64,000 nt of DNA from Octopus vulgaris (GCA_951406725.2 OX597834.1:682001-746000); one strand, 5' to 3'. Counted from the stretch's first letter, positions 11,046 to 24,479 are shown. Program-made: numbers and translations. Notes: a model not told the origin generated them from the sequence alone.

Positions 11046-12915
11046 CCTTAAATCCTTAAAAATATTTCAGCCCGAAGGCTGCGGCCATGCTGGGGCACCA
11101 CCGCTGAATGAGCTACACCAATATGTGAATCCACCTCTGATACGTGGTACTTGGTCAACAAGGGAGTTCGATGCCGCTGTCCGCATCTGTGTCTCCTGAC
11201 GTGAGGTAGGTTCATCTGGGCCCCCTGACAAGAAGAGATCCAGTTTAGTTTTAAAGAAACCCACATCCACACCATGCAAGTCTCTCAGGAATTTAGTGAG
11301 CATGTTAAAGAGCTGTTGTCCTCTGAAACCCAAGCTGTTGCAGTATCTGGTCCTGTATTTTGATGGTGATGTTGGAATCTTTGGCACCATGCAGTGGCGC
11401 CCCGTTCTGCGGTTGGGGTAACTTTGAATGCCAAAGTTTGGGACAAGACCCTCCAGGATTTTCCAGATGTATATCACCGCATATCTCTCCCGCCTTCGCT
11501 CTAGGGAGAAGAGTTTTAATGCTTTCAGTCTTCCCTAGTAGCTGATATGTTGCATTGAGACGATCTTCTTTGTGTAGCTTCTTTGAATTGCTTCGAGTTC
11601 TGCTGTTAGTTTTATATTGTGTGGTGACCATAGTTGGGAGCAGTAGTCCAAGTGGCTGAGGACGAAAGTTTTCCACAGGACCATCAGTGTCTCTTTCTCT
11701 CTTGTTCTGAAAGTTCGGAGAATCCATCCAGCTAGCCGTCTGCATTTTATCACCAAATTTGTAATATGCACTTGGAAAGATGCATCATTGCTCATGTCAA
11801 TTCCCAGGTCACGCACTGATTTTGACTCAGAGATTGCAATTCTTCCCGGGCCAGTGTATCCAGTCTGCATGTCGTTTACCTTTGTGTGCCGGAAACGCAG
11901 GGCCTGGAACATACCTGCATTAAACTGCATGTTGTTGTCCTCAGCCCACCTGTATATTGTATCCAACTCCTGTTGCAGAAGTGCAATATTTCCAGGGTTT
12001 TGTATTGCGTGGGAGACTTTTGTGTTATCTGCATAGCTAGCAAGGGTGGCCATCTTAGCAACTGAGGACATGTCTGAAAGGGCCACTATGAACAGCAGTG
12101 GTCCCAAGACAGTACCCTGTGGATCACCACTTGTTATTTGTGTTTCCTTGGAGGTGGCTCCATTGGTCACAACTGCCTGCCTTCTATCTTTTAGGAAGTT
12201 GTGCAGCCACTCTCCAAGTTTTCCGCCTATACCGAGACCACGCAGTTTGTGACAAATCATACCGTGGTCGACTTTATCAAAGGCTTTTGCAAAGTCGAGA
12301 TATATCACATCCACATTTGAGCCATTTAATAGCTGTTTTAACACCCAGTCATAGTGTTGCAGGAGCTGTGTTAGGCAGCTTCTACCGGGTCGAAATCCAT
12401 GCTGGGTGTCAGACAGCAAGTCATTGTCTTCAAAGAATATGATTAGTTTCTTGCGGACTATTCGTTCCATGACTTTGCTGATGTGTGAGGTCAGAGAGGT
12501 AGGCCTATAATTTTTAGCATCTGCTCTGCTTCCTCCCTTATGGATAGGGCATATTACCCCCTCTTTCAATTTGACTGGGAGCTTACCACTTGCAAGAAAG
12601 CTCTGAAAAAGAAGCTGTAGCGGTTTTGCAAGGGCTCGTTTGCACGATTTGAGAAGGATCGCTGGAAATCCATCAGGTCCAGCAGCTGAGTTTGTGTCAA
12701 TCACATCTATGGCGAGTATGATATCATCATCTTCAATGTTGATGTACTCAATTTTTGCCTCTTTGGCCGCAGGAAAAGTGGCAAAGAATTCTTCTGGGTT
12801 GTTTACTTGCCTGTGTCCTAGAGGTGTAGTGAACACACTTTGGAGTTGTTCGTTCAGTATTTCACTTATCCTCGTGGGATTTCCTGTGAGGGAGTCTTCT
12901 TTTTGGAAGAGAGGT

Positions 12916-12917
<2 letters not shown>
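11041..12917 (-). pseudogene. 5'-truncated CR1-group LINE (RT and C-terminus), disabled
   Basis: [50 protein letters not shown] instead of YADD; in-frame TAG at 11535-11537 joins the 475-aa and 136-aa ORFs; structured 3' tail at 11063-11103. Confidence 0.95.
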
Positions 12918-12963
<46 letters not shown>

Positions 12964-12971
12964 TATATCTA

Positions 12972-13042
<71 letters not shown>

Positions 13043-13205
13043 ATATATATATATACATCTATATCTATATCTATCTATCTATCTATCTCTATATATATAT
13101 ACATCTATATCTATATCTATCTATCTATCTCTCTATATATATACATCTATATCTATCTATCTATCTATATATATATATACATCTATATCTATCTATATCT
13201 ATATA
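12918..13205. repeat. (TA)n/(TCTA)n compound microsatellite
   Basis: Direct reading. Confidence 0.97.
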
Positions 13206-13281
13206 ACTTAGAAAGGTTTTTGGCCAGTATTGGCCCAGGCCATGTCTAACTTAATAGCACCACCTGGCGAAGTCTTTCAGT

Positions 13282-16200
13282 TCAGGATTTGGGCACCAAG
13301 GCCCATTCGAGCAGAGAGTTATTGTTTGCGGAGACATATCCGGGTGTGGATGGTTTGTCCGGTACTGTTTGAAGGAATTTGTCCAAAGACTTCTTGAATT
13401 TTGTGTGGTCAGTTTCTTTTTTGACGTGTCCTGGTGTAATGTTGAAGAGAGCGGGTCCAATTGAGGTGAAATAGTTGTACCGTATTGTCGTTATGTGATG
13501 CGATTTAGATTTTTGTTGTGGACGGATGGCACGTGGTCCAAGCCTTGGATGCATTTTGAAGGTGATGCCAACATCATTCGGACAGTGCTGATGGAATATT
13601 TTCCACATCATACAGATAATGTAGCGTTCACGGCGTCGTTGGAGTGAATACAATTTCAGCTTCTCTAGTCTACCCCAGTAGTCAAGGTCTGACATGCCAT
13701 CTATCTTTTTTGTGATTGACCTTTGGGGAGCTTCAATTCTCATAATATTTTGTTTTGTGTAGGGAGACCACAGTGGACAGCAGTATTCAAGGTGGGGTCG
13801 GGCAAAAGTGGAGAAGAGAAGGATAATAGCGTGGGAATCTCTCGACTGGAAGGTTCTGAGAATCCAGGAACACATTCTGCGGGCCATGTCAACTTTGCTG
13901 CTTATATGTGTAGCCCAGCTTATGTTGTTGTCCACTGTTACTCCCAGATCTCTGATGTTGTTGGATGCCATGAGAATTTCTCCAGAAGGAAGAGAGTATG
14001 GGAGTTTCAGAGCGTCCTCCCTTCCAAAGTGGATCAGTTCGAATTTGTCTTCATTTAGCAACATGTTATTCTTTTCCGCCCATTGGACAACAGCTAGTAG
14101 GTCTGACTGAAGGTTTATTCGGTCATCCACGCTATTGATGACCTTCTGGAGCTTGGAATCATCAGCGAAGGTTCTGATGTTGCTGTGTTTGATGGTGTCA
14201 GTAATATCATTTATGTAGATGATGAAGAGAAGTGGGCCCAACACAGTGCCTTGTGGGACACCACTGCTGACTTTGGCTGGGCTGGATTTGACTCCTTCGA
14301 CTACAACATGTTGGGTTCTGTTAGAGAGGAAGCACTTGATCCATTGCAGCAGCTTTCCAGTGACACCAATATTGGACAGCTTTCTCAGAAGGATCTTATG
14401 ATCAACCCTGTCAAAGGCCTTGCTGAAATCAAGGTAGATGACATCAGTGTTGGAACCCTCTCCCAAGGCTCTCAAAATGTCATCAAAATGATGCAGTAGC
14501 TGCGTCAGGCAATCTCTCCCATTACGGAATCCATGCTGGTTGGGGTTCAGCATATTATGACTCTCAAGGAAGTGAGTCATACGCGATCTCAGCACCCTCT
14601 CAAATACCTTGATGATATGAGAGGTGAGTGAGATTGGACGGTAATTCACGGCAAGCGATTTGTTTCCTTTTTTGAAAACTGGGACAACAGACTGGGATAG
14701 AAGGTCTTCTGGTATATATCCAGCATCCAATGAGTTCCGCCACAGATTGGCTAGAGGGGGTGCAAGTTGGTTTTGACACATCTTCAAGACACAAGCAGGG
14801 AACCTATCGGGACCTACTGCTGAATTATGCTTCATTTCCTTTATTGCTGCTAAGACATCAGGAGCGCCAAATGTTATGTCCGATAAAGTGTATTGGGGAG
14901 TAACATCACTGATACAGCCCAGATCAGTCATATCAGGATTGCTGAAAACAGAGCAATATTGTTTCTGCAATATTTCTCCCATGGTTTTGGCATTGTCTTG
15001 AAGAATACCATTTTCATCAATCAGAGGGCCAACAGTAGAACCAGTGACTCTGTGTTTTTTTGCAAATGAAAAGAACACTTTGGGATTGAGTTTGATCTTC
15101 TCAATGGCCCAGGCCTCTTCAGCTCTTCGCTGACTATTGATGATAGACATCATGTTGTTTTGGAGTTTATGTTTTTTAATCTCTAGCGACGAGATGGCAG
15201 TCAGGTTGGTGTGTTGCTGTTGACAGTATTTCAGCATGTTGATCTTTTTGTTGATTCTTTTAATTTTCCTTATGAGAGATTTTCTATTTCTAGGGATTCG
15301 ACACTTAGATTTGTTTGCAGATCTTAATGGGGTGTGTCTTGCACATATGTTCGTGATGGTGTCTACAAGTGACTGCCAGGACTTTTTGATGTTAGTGGGT
15401 GTGTATGTGTGCGTGAAGGACCAATCGACTTGTGCAAGATCATTATTGATCGCTTCCCAGTTTGCATTGTGGAAATCCATAGTGTCAAATGGATGAACAG
15501 GAGGGATGACATTTGTTTTGCATTTTGGCCAGTGAAATCTCAGATCACAGAGAACCATGTCATGGTCGGAGAGTAGGGTTTTCTCCACTGCAATATTGTG
15601 GATAGTATCAGTGTGATTGCTGAAAATTAAGTCTAAGACGTTTTTGTGACATCTCGTTGGTTCGAGTACCAGTTGGGACAAGAAGAAGTCATCCATGAAG
15701 TCAAGAAGCGATTCCACTGCCTCCCTGTCAGGGGTTGAGAGAGAAGAACCTGGCGGCAGACTGTTTGTAGACCAGTCAACCCCAGGAAGGTTGAAATCTC
15801 CCATCATTAAAATGTTGTCAGGTTGACACTGCTGAATGAAACACTTTATGCTGTTGAGGCATTCCTTGAAGCATGGTAGGGGCGTTTGGGGTGGTCTGTA
15901 GAGCCCAACTACTGTTAAGTTGTTGGTTTGACTGAATACAGCGACTGCTTCGCAGTATCCATTCGAAAATATGTTCATGGCTTCTGTTGAGAATGAATCA
16001 TGGACATAAATGGCAGTCCCACCCTTTCTTCTGCCAACACGATCAGCACGAATGGTTTTGAAATTTTTAACTTTCACCTCGGCTTCCAAGTGGAGGTCAC
16101 TAAGATGGGTTTCAGTGAGGACGAAGAAAGGGATGTGGTTTGGATGGGCCTCGACCCAGTCCTCCAGGAATCTTATCTTCCATTTTTGTGTATTGGTGGA

Positions 16201-16404
16201 AGGGCTGATGCCTTGGGCATTAAGCAGAAATGTTGAGGCGAGAGTGGATGGTTTTAATTGTTTTGGTGATTTGTTAATTTGATTGCTTTTTAATGGCATG
16301 TGTAGTGGGGTAATAGTGGTGGATGGCGGTGGGTGATAGCTCGGATGTTTTTTTCCAGTTCTTTTGCTAGATTCATTATATACATCTAGATTCATTATAT
16401 ACAT
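13282..16404 (-). CDS. CR1-group LINE ORF2: AP endonuclease + reverse transcriptase, uninterrupted
   Basis: EN motifs LLNAQG, LTETHL, GGTAIY, YRPP, GDFN, LDLIF, SDH; RT motifs [39 protein letters not shown]; true start codon uncertain. Confidence 0.97.
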   Translation of the reverse strand: MYIMNLDVYNESSKRTGKKHPSYHPPPSTTITPLHMPLKSNQINKSPKQLKPSTLASTFLLNAQGISPSTNTQKWKIRFLEDWVEAHPNHIPFFVLTETHLSDLHLEAEVKVKNFKTIRADRVGRRKGGTAIYVHDSFSTEAMNIFSNGYCEAVAVFSQTNNLTVVGLYRPPQTPLPCFKECLNSIKCFIQQCQPDNILMMGDFNLPGVDWSTNSLPPGSSLSTPDREAVESLLDFMDDFFLSQLVLEPTRCHKNVLDLIFSNHTDTIHNIAVEKTLLSDHDMVLCDLRFHWPKCKTNVIPPVHPFDTMDFHNANWEAINNDLAQVDWSFTHTYTPTNIKKSWQSLVDTITNICARHTPLRSANKSKCRIPRNRKSLIRKIKRINKKINMLKYCQQQHTNLTAISSLEIKKHKLQNNMMSIINSQRRAEEAWAIEKIKLNPKVFFSFAKKHRVTGSTVGPLIDENGILQDNAKTMGEILQKQYCSVFSNPDMTDLGCISDVTPQYTLSDITFGAPDVLAAIKEMKHNSAVGPDRFPACVLKMCQNQLAPPLANLWRNSLDAGYIPEDLLSQSVVPVFKKGNKSLAVNYRPISLTSHIIKVFERVLRSRMTHFLESHNMLNPNQHGFRNGRDCLTQLLHHFDDILRALGEGSNTDVIYLDFSKAFDRVDHKILLRKLSNIGVTGKLLQWIKCFLSNRTQHVVVEGVKSSPAKVSSGVPQGTVLGPLLFIIYINDITDTIKHSNIRTFADDSKLQKVINSVDDRINLQSDLLAVVQWAEKNNMLLNEDKFELIHFGREDALKLPYSLPSGEILMASNNIRDLGVTVDNNISWATHISSKVDMARRMCSWILRTFQSRDSHAIILLFSTFARPHLEYCCPLWSPYTKQNIMRIEAPQRSITKKIDGMSDLDYWGRLEKLKLYSLQRRRERYIICMMWKIFHQHCPNDVGITFKMHPRLGPRAIRPQQKSKSHHITTIRYNYFTSIGPALFNITPGHVKKETDHTKFKKSLDKFLQTVPDKPSTPGYVSANNNSLLEWALVPKS

Positions 16405-16559
16405 CTATATCTATATCTATCTATCTATCTATCTACATCTATATCTATATCTATCTATCTATCTATCTATATATATATATACATCTATATCTATATCTAT
16501 CTATCTATCTATATATATATATATATCTATATCTATCTATCTATCTATATATATATATA

Positions 16560-16602
<43 letters not shown>

Positions 16603-16656
16603 ATCTATCTATATTATATCTATCTATCTATCTATATATATATATATATATATATA

Positions 16657-16687
<31 letters not shown>

Positions 16688-16760
16688 TATATATATATAT
16701 ATATATATATATATCTATCTATCCTCTATATATATATATATATATATATCTATCTATCTA

Positions 16761-16794
<34 letters not shown>

Positions 16795-16864
16795 TATATC
16801 TATCTATCTATCTCTCTCTCTCTATATATATATATATACATCTATATCTATCTATCTATCTATC

Positions 16865-16898
<34 letters not shown>

Positions 16899-17014
16899 CA
16901 TCTATATCTATATATATACATATATATCTATATCTATACATCTATATCTATCTATATATATATACATATATATCTATATCTATACATCTATATCTATCTA
17001 TATATATATATATC

Positions 17015-17057
<43 letters not shown>

Positions 17058-17060
17058 CTA

Positions 17061-17097
<37 letters not shown>

Positions 17098-17106
17098 ATC
17101 TATCTA

Positions 17107-17152
<46 letters not shown>

Positions 17153-17210
17153 CACATTAAGAGTGAATATGGATATATATATTTATATATATTTATGTAC
17201 ATATATATAT
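16395..17210. repeat. ~0.8-kb (TA)n/(TCTA)n compound microsatellite
   Basis: Direct reading. Confidence 0.97.
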
Positions 17211-17315
17211 ACCGGAGTAAACACATAAATGTGAAACAAGGTGGAAAAAAGAGTACTCAAATACCAGTGGTAGAGTAATATGCTTTATTTTAAGCAGCAG
17301 AAGATTCAGCAAAAT

Positions 17316-17353
17316 CTGTTACTCTGAGTTTCTCGTTGCCGTTCATCAGACAG
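17316..17353 (-). ncRNA. Type I hammerhead ribozyme (left arm of inverted repeat)
   Basis: RC: CTGT-CTGATGA-ACG gcaa CGA-GAAA-CTCAGAG-TA-ACAG. Confidence 0.75.
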
Positions 17354-17367
17354 TTTTCTAGCAAAAA

Positions 17368-17405
17368 CTGTCTGATGAACGGCAACGAGAAACTCAGAGT
17401 AACAC
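17368..17405 (+). ncRNA. Type I hammerhead ribozyme (right arm of inverted repeat)
   Basis: CTGT-CTGATGA-ACG gcaa CGA-GAAA-CTCAGAG-TA-ACAC. Confidence 0.7.
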
Positions 17406-18533
17406 ATTTTGTTGAATTTTCTGCTGCTTAAAATAAAGTATATATATATAGATAGATACATACATATATTAACACATTAAGAGTGTATATGGATGAATAT
17501 ATATAAGCTCGTAGAGTGAACTTGTCTTGTCCGCCTGATATATAGATCAGTGTGAAGGGTTTAGAGAATAGTTCAATGTCCCTAACTCTTTTACCCTTCC
17601 CCAGATGCCCGACGAAATAGTTTCGCCCACCGAAACACAAATTCGTATAGAGCCGAGTCTAACTTATTAAATAATATATGTAACACCTACCAAATGTGTT
17701 TCGGACCACTTACTTTTGTTAGTTCATTCACTTGTGTATATAAATATTTGTGTGTGTAATTTATCTTTACAGCTGTAGATGTGCATCTCTGTAGATCGTT
17801 TTTCAATACTTAATCACTAGACGTCGTGTGAAAGTGTGAAAAAATTCTCGTTATGTTGGACACTAGTAAACTAACTTCTATGTAGTCTGGTCAGGTCTGA
17901 ACGACTTGACGACATATCTGAGAAATAAATGTGATATTTATGGATGTGTTAATTTATACTAGTTAAATATTTACCGACTACTTTTAATATGGCCGCCTGC
18001 AATATGAGACAGACGAAGTTTGCGTCACGTCCAAGCATTTGTTCTCTTTTTTACGTTTACTTTTTCAAAGTAAATATATGTAATGTCTTATGTCACATTA
18101 AAATTTTAACCACAAAGTTGATGTATGTATGTGTGTGTATGTATATATATGGATGTGGGTATATGTTAATGTGGGGAGTGGAGTGTACGCGTATCTCAAC
18201 AATGGTGATGTGACAATAACTGTGTAAAAACAGATTGCAGCTGTCGAAATATGTGTTATAAACAGCGGCAGACAACATTAAAAATATTATTATTAAATGC
18301 AAATCTTGAATTTTGTTTGTACGCTTCTATGTAAAGTTTCGATAACCCTCATCGATATGTGAATACACACACGCACACTGCACGCGAGCACACACAAATA
18401 CAAACTCCTGTGTATACACATATATTGGTTACGCAACTCCTGTTTCTCTAAAGTTTTCGCAGCAAGCAGACTGCTCAGGCTGCTCAGAATTTCTCTCTCT
18501 TTCCTTCCTGACCACATGCAAACACACACGCAC

Positions 18534-18606
<73 letters not shown>

Positions 18607-18615
18607 GTATATATT

Positions 18616-18664
<49 letters not shown>

Positions 18665-18771
18665 GGGATTCAGTTGAATTAGGTACTTAAGTTGAAGCAC
18701 CAAGTCAGTCCGGTATTATCTGCACAGCCCGAAGTATGGTGAATAAAATCAAAATAAGCAACAGGATAGTG

Positions 18772-18858
18772 ATGCAGTACGACCGTTTCAAGTAGTCCAC
18801 TTAATTTAACAATACAATCATTTGATCGATTTAAATGTAGTGCCGTCTTCAGCTGCAC
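18772..18858 (-). ncRNA. Hammerhead-like motif with long degenerate helix II
   Basis: RC: GTGCAG-CTGAAGA-(~55 nt)-GAAA-CGGTCG-TA-CTGCAT. Confidence 0.6.
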
Positions 18859-19411
18859 AAATAAATAAATGGAATTTTAGCAAGGACATATTAATATAAT
18901 TTTTCCCAAATATTTTAACAGACCAAGTAGATGGAGGAAATTCATGCTGTCGCTTCTGTAGCTAAGAATAGTGACTACACTTGTAAGAATGGCTTGGATC
19001 ATAGGGAGGTTATAGGTTTGTAAGGGATTGTAATTCATTTCAAATTCATTTATCTCTTTATCAACTACTAAATCTCAGACTAGATGACTGTCTGTTTTGA
19101 ATAAAGGACAAGAATTAGTTGACAGCTCCTGGCTTGGTATGATCATAAATATTATCATATGTATCCCTATTCCCCAGGAAGGAAAAGAGACTTTAGGAGT
19201 AGTCAGATGGATATACCTAACAGTCTATAAAAACAGGAATGGTAGGGGTAGACATTATATGGTGTTAACTTCCTGTTCAAAGGGGTAAGACGCTAAGATG
19301 TTAATACAATATTGTTATGTTGTATAAAAATAAAATTTAAGTATTTCAAAAATGATATTATAACCAAAATAAGTAAAAGGTGTGTATATATCAATTCATA
19401 TGCACATGTTT

Positions 19412-19499
19412 GTGCAGCTGAAGATTGCACTGCATTTAAATTGATGTAATGGTTCCATTGTTCAAATAAACGGAGTCGCTTGAAACGGTTGTACTGCAT
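19412..19499 (+). ncRNA. Hammerhead-like motif with long helix II (inverted homologue of 18772-18858)
   Basis: GTGCAG-CTGAAGA-(~57 nt)-GAAA-CGGTTG-TA-CTGCAT. Confidence 0.6.
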
Positions 19500-20237
19500 C
19501 ATATATATGTATATATAGCCTTGTCTAAAGAGACGTCATTTGCATCACGTGGCCATGTTGTCATGAACACCAAAATTGATGCTGTTTGTTATACTGAATT
19601 ATTACTTTGACACTTAACTACTTATTTATGTTAAAGTATGTCTCTATGTGTGAGAGCGAGACAGAGAGGGAGAGGAAGAGAGTGAGGGGGAGAAAGGGAG
19701 AGGAAGAGAGTAATTGAATATAAACTTTGTATAATTTATAACAACAAACACGTCTGATCTATTACATACCTTGTTCAGCGAGAAAGTCTGAAAATATAAC
19801 TATGTTCAATTTGTTTGTGTTCCATGGAAACCACTCAATTTCGATTATTTTTTCCGGAATTTAATTATATAATATATTTAGTTTCTATAATAATTAATTG
19901 CTACTGATAAAGTTTATGATTTAGAATTATGAGTCGAAACGTATCAAGATCTATCTATCTAGCTATCTGTTTGTGTGTCTATCCGGCTTCCGCATTGGCA
20001 GCTATCAGGCTTTCTAGCCATCTATTTCTTTATATTTTTCAGAGTGACAAACTATATCTTTAGTTTTTTCCCCCTTTTACCCTCTGTACCTGTCTCTCAC
20101 TCACTCTCTCTTCTCTCTGTGTGTGTATACACACACACAGAGAGACCCACATATATATATATGTGAAGGTGCCACAAAGAAGGACTGAAGCCGAAACCAT
20201 GTGGTTGGGAAACAAGTTTCTTAGCACACAATCACAA

Positions 20238-20268
<31 letters not shown>

Positions 20269-20463
20269 TCTCCCTCTCATTCTCTCTCTCTCTCTCTCTA
20301 TCTATATATATATAAACTAAAGGAAGACGAAAACAAAACCAAGTCAGGACAAGCTTATCAGATCATTTAATATATTTTACTTAATGTAAAGGTGAATCGA
20401 AGTAAAGTAAATAATGTCATCAGAGTTCTAAACTCTCCGTATTATTCATATATATATATATAT

Positions 20464-20674
20464 ATTTCTTTACTACCCACAAGGGGCTAAACACAGAGGG
20501 GACAAACAAGGACAGACAAAGGGATTACGTCGACTACATCGACCCCAGTGCGTAACTGGTACTTAATTTATCGACCCCGAAAGGATGAAAGGCAAAGTCG
20601 ACCTCGGCGGAATTTGAACTCGGAACGTAACGACAGACGAATTTCGCCCGGCGTGCTAACGTTTCTACCAGCTC
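20464..20674 (-). mobile_element. tRNA-derived SINE family A with Tx1-like tail
   Basis: Reverse complement highly similar to 25793-26023. Confidence 0.9.
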
Positions 20675-21238
20675 TATCGCCATACATATATGGTAATCTT
20701 ATAAATATAAGACTAAAGCTGTCGATGATTAGCTCCAAGAGGCCACCGCCTCAAGCTAGCTATTTGACACACAATCTGCGTCCATTATAAACTTTCGAAC
20801 AGGGGAGGTCAGCCGCTTCATCCTGCTAGTCAGACAGCTGCAGACGCGTTTCAGGGTAGTTGCCCTTTATCAATGCAGCGTAGTCAGACCCAGCAGGTGT
20901 TGCTACTGACTGTCCCTGTTCGAAGAATCTATTTACCTAGTTTCGGTGGAATACATCCACTTGTTTTCAATAATAGAAATATTAAAATTACTAAGTCTCT
21001 CTAAAAGAGATTACGGCAGCGTCACTGGAAATTAATAGTTATCGCCATACTAGTATGGCAATCTTATAAATATAAGACTAAAGCTGTCGATGATTAACTC
21101 CAAGAGGCCACCGCCTCAAGCTAGCTATTTGACACACAATCTACGTCCATTATAAACTTTCGAAAAGCGATAACTATTAATTCCCAGTAACGCTGCCGTA
21201 ATCTCCTTTAGAGGGACTTAGTAATTTTAATATTTTAT

Positions 21239-21242
<4 letters not shown>
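20675..21242 (-). mobile_element. Non-coding hammerhead-containing element, 365-bp unit (same family as 1810-2309)
   Basis: Direct repeat 20675-20798 = 21040-21163; inverted fragment ~21167-21242; HHR at 20837-20879; abuts (TA)n. Confidence 0.85.
20837..20879 (-). ncRNA. Type I hammerhead ribozyme, U3:A8 core variant
   Basis: RC: GCTGCA-TTGATAA-AGGG caacta CCCT-GAAA-CGCG-TC-TGCAGC. Confidence 0.9.
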
Positions 21243-21331
<89 letters not shown>

Positions 21332-21446
21332 AATATATATATATTGAAGTGTGGTGGGCTATCGGCCGAGGTCAGTTGTGAAGGCAGCACTACTTGCCTT
21401 TAAGCAGGCATGATATGCTCTGTTCTCCGATATTATTGACTTCATG

Positions 21447-21820
21447 AAGGCGGTGACCGGGCAGAATCGTTAGCACGCTAGGCAAAATGCTTCGCAGTAT
21501 TTTGTCGGTCTTCACGTTCTGAGTTCAAATTCCGCCGCGGTCGACATTACCTTTCATCTTTTCGGCGTCAATAAATTACGCACCAGCCGAGTTGTAGGGA
21601 CGATGTAATCGACCATCTCGCTCCCGCAAATTTCAGGCCCAGTGAAAGGGTCATTATCGATTTCATTATTATTTTATTTTATTTTATATTTATGATGATA
21701 ATGCAGCGAGCAGGCAGAATCGTTAGCACGTCAGGATAAATGCTGAGGCATTTTGTCCCGCTTTACGTTCTGAGTTGGATTTCATGTTTCATCCTTCCGA
21801 TGTCCTTAAAATAAGTAACA
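21447..21820 (+). mobile_element. Two SINE family A copies (second truncated)
   Basis: aggcggtgaccgggcagaatcgttagcacg..gttctgagttcaaattccgccg; second head at ~21705. Confidence 0.8.
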
Positions 21821-22091
21821 CCCTGAAACCTGGCCATCCTCATATTTTAGCAGCAACTATTAACGTTTCAGTTGCTTTTGTTGGGGTTGTTTTCCGCGTC
21901 TTTTCCATAAAAGCTTCTTTGAAGGTCACAGTTACTCTTTTCTAACTAAAGGCTTTCGTTTGAACAATCTTCCCCGTGACACACAGGCGTACGTGTAAGA
22001 AAATTCTGTTTGTAACGAAAGAAATATACATTCTCTCAAACTAATGTATTGAGTACTTTTTCTAGTTTTGTATACAAAAACGTTCAACTGG

Positions 22092-22148
<57 letters not shown>

Positions 22149-22236
22149 TATCTAATTATATCGTCTTGATTCACAATGTATCCGTCATGTATGCATTTAT
22201 ATACATGCGCACGTACAAACATACTTTGTATGTATG

Positions 22237-22281
<45 letters not shown>

Positions 22282-22334
22282 TGGGAGAGAAAGCGAGAGA
22301 AAGAGAGAGATGGGGAGTTAGATAAATACAAGCA

Positions 22335-22369
<35 letters not shown>

Positions 22370-22530
22370 TGAGGGAGATTACAGTCGTCAACAGCGCAGC
22401 TTAGGGCGAACCTGTCAAATTTTGACATAAACGCACAAACTCAGGCGCCCGCACGCACGAACACACACACACACACACACGCATATATGTCCAAGCGCAT
22501 GCAACTACACACACATATATACATGCATAC

Positions 22531-22595
<65 letters not shown>

Positions 22596-22610
22596 TATGT
22601 ACACACACAC

Positions 22611-22655
<45 letters not shown>

Positions 22656-24254
22656 TATGTACACACACACATGTGTGTATATATATATATATATGGAAAT
22701 AACTGTGCATGCATACACACACACAACACACACACACACACACACACACACACAGCTAAGCATGTATATTTAAATTCTTGTTTCTTCGTGTCTTTTGATT
22801 ATTAAAGCGAATAATTCTTGCCAGATAGTGGAAGGTTTATAACAGATAATGAGATATAAACTTCTCCATGACATCAGCTTCAAAAGACCACTCCAAGGAA
22901 AAAACAGTTATTATCAACAGATATAGGCGATGTTTTTCCAGAAAGTTCTGTCTGATGTTTCTCGAAGGAATGAGCTATTACGTGTAACTTCTGGCACAAA
23001 ACCAAATCAAGACGTTCCGGCTTTCTCAACAAATGACCTACACTACTAAATGACACGACAATTTTTTAAATGTGTGCAATGCATATGTGTGTGTGGGGGG
23101 GTGTTAACATATCTTTGTATTTGTTCATATGTGCGGGCATATACATGTGTATAATTATATAGGAAAATATTTGTGTGAGAATGTCATTGTATGGGAGTAT
23201 GTGTGTGAAAGTTATTTCTCAAGACGCAGAAAGAAATGGTAGCAGCATCTATTTATATAATCATAAAAATTATAAATGTTATGTTTTTATGCATGTCACG
23301 AAGCCTTGTATTACTACGCCTAACATGGATACACATACATTTCCACGTATACACACAAACATGTACATACAGATATATATACACATGTGTGTGTGTATAA
23401 ACATGAGTTTATATAAGTATGAGAACTTTCATATATAGGCAAAGAGAAAGAGTTAAAACTTGGGCGTCTCAATAAATTGTTGCTGGGATTATTCTTAAGC
23501 ATATTTGAATGAAGATTATTAAATCGGATTGAGTAAAGGCTGGGAGGAGTAGTTTAATGGAAAGTTAATGTCAAGAAAGGCAGGGGAGACAACTTTTACA
23601 ATTACAGCAGCAACAGTAGTAGTAGTAGTAGTAGTAGTAGTCGATATTATTGCTTTTGTAGTAAACTGGCAAATACATTGCCCACGTCATTTCATATAAC
23701 TTGAGAGATATTTAGCTGCTATTTCTAGCAGGGATAGTGATTACGCAGTGGCTGCTCGAGCCCAGTCTTAACAAGGCAGACGAAAAATCGAAGCCGTTCC
23801 AGCCTTAAACACCTCTAATTTGAATAGGCACACAGCAATACGTTATCAAATGTGTCCTTTCTCATTTTTTTTTAGAGGACCAGAGGGTTTGATTTGAGGG
23901 TGATTTAGCTGCTGTTTATAGCAGGTCCAGTGAACACGTACAGTCTCTCTCGCTGGTTCGTGCTGGCTTCAAATTAAACAGAAAAAAATGTGGGTTTAAC
24001 AAATATTTTAATAACTTTCTAATTTTAGAACCAGGATAAAAAAATACTGACGAGAGAAAGGGTCATATCGATTGACTCCTGGATTTTACTGCTTCCAACA
24101 TTATTGACACTGAAAGAATGATGGTATAGTTCATTTCACTGAATTTGAACTCGGAACGCAATGGGTCGGAAGAAATGCCGCCAAGCATATTGTTCGACGC
24201 AGTAAAGTTTCTCACTGCCTTATCATATATTATTATTATTATTATTATTATTAT

Positions 24255-24322
<68 letters not shown>

Positions 24323-24479
24323 TAGGCGAGGCTCAGTATACAATATCGTGAGATTATTGATTGAAGAGATTGTGTCTACTGGGGGTTTGCACTGTTTGTC
24401 TAGTCACAACAAAAAACTTAGACAGACAGTGCTTTACTCAATATGCGTGCAGTTACAAATAATGCCGACTTTTGCAGTA

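Noticed and set aside
13723-16282. Plus-strand ORFs overlapping the LINE
   Set aside because: Antisense shadows of the RT/EN ORF with no motifs
16364-17152. 262-aa ORF and the many IY/CV/HT/LS/poly-L/poly-Y ORFs across the window
   Set aside because: Translations of microsatellites that lack stop codons
19900-19950. CTGATAA..GAAACGTA hammerhead-like motif
   Set aside because: C3/A8 mismatch and no helix I; at most a relic
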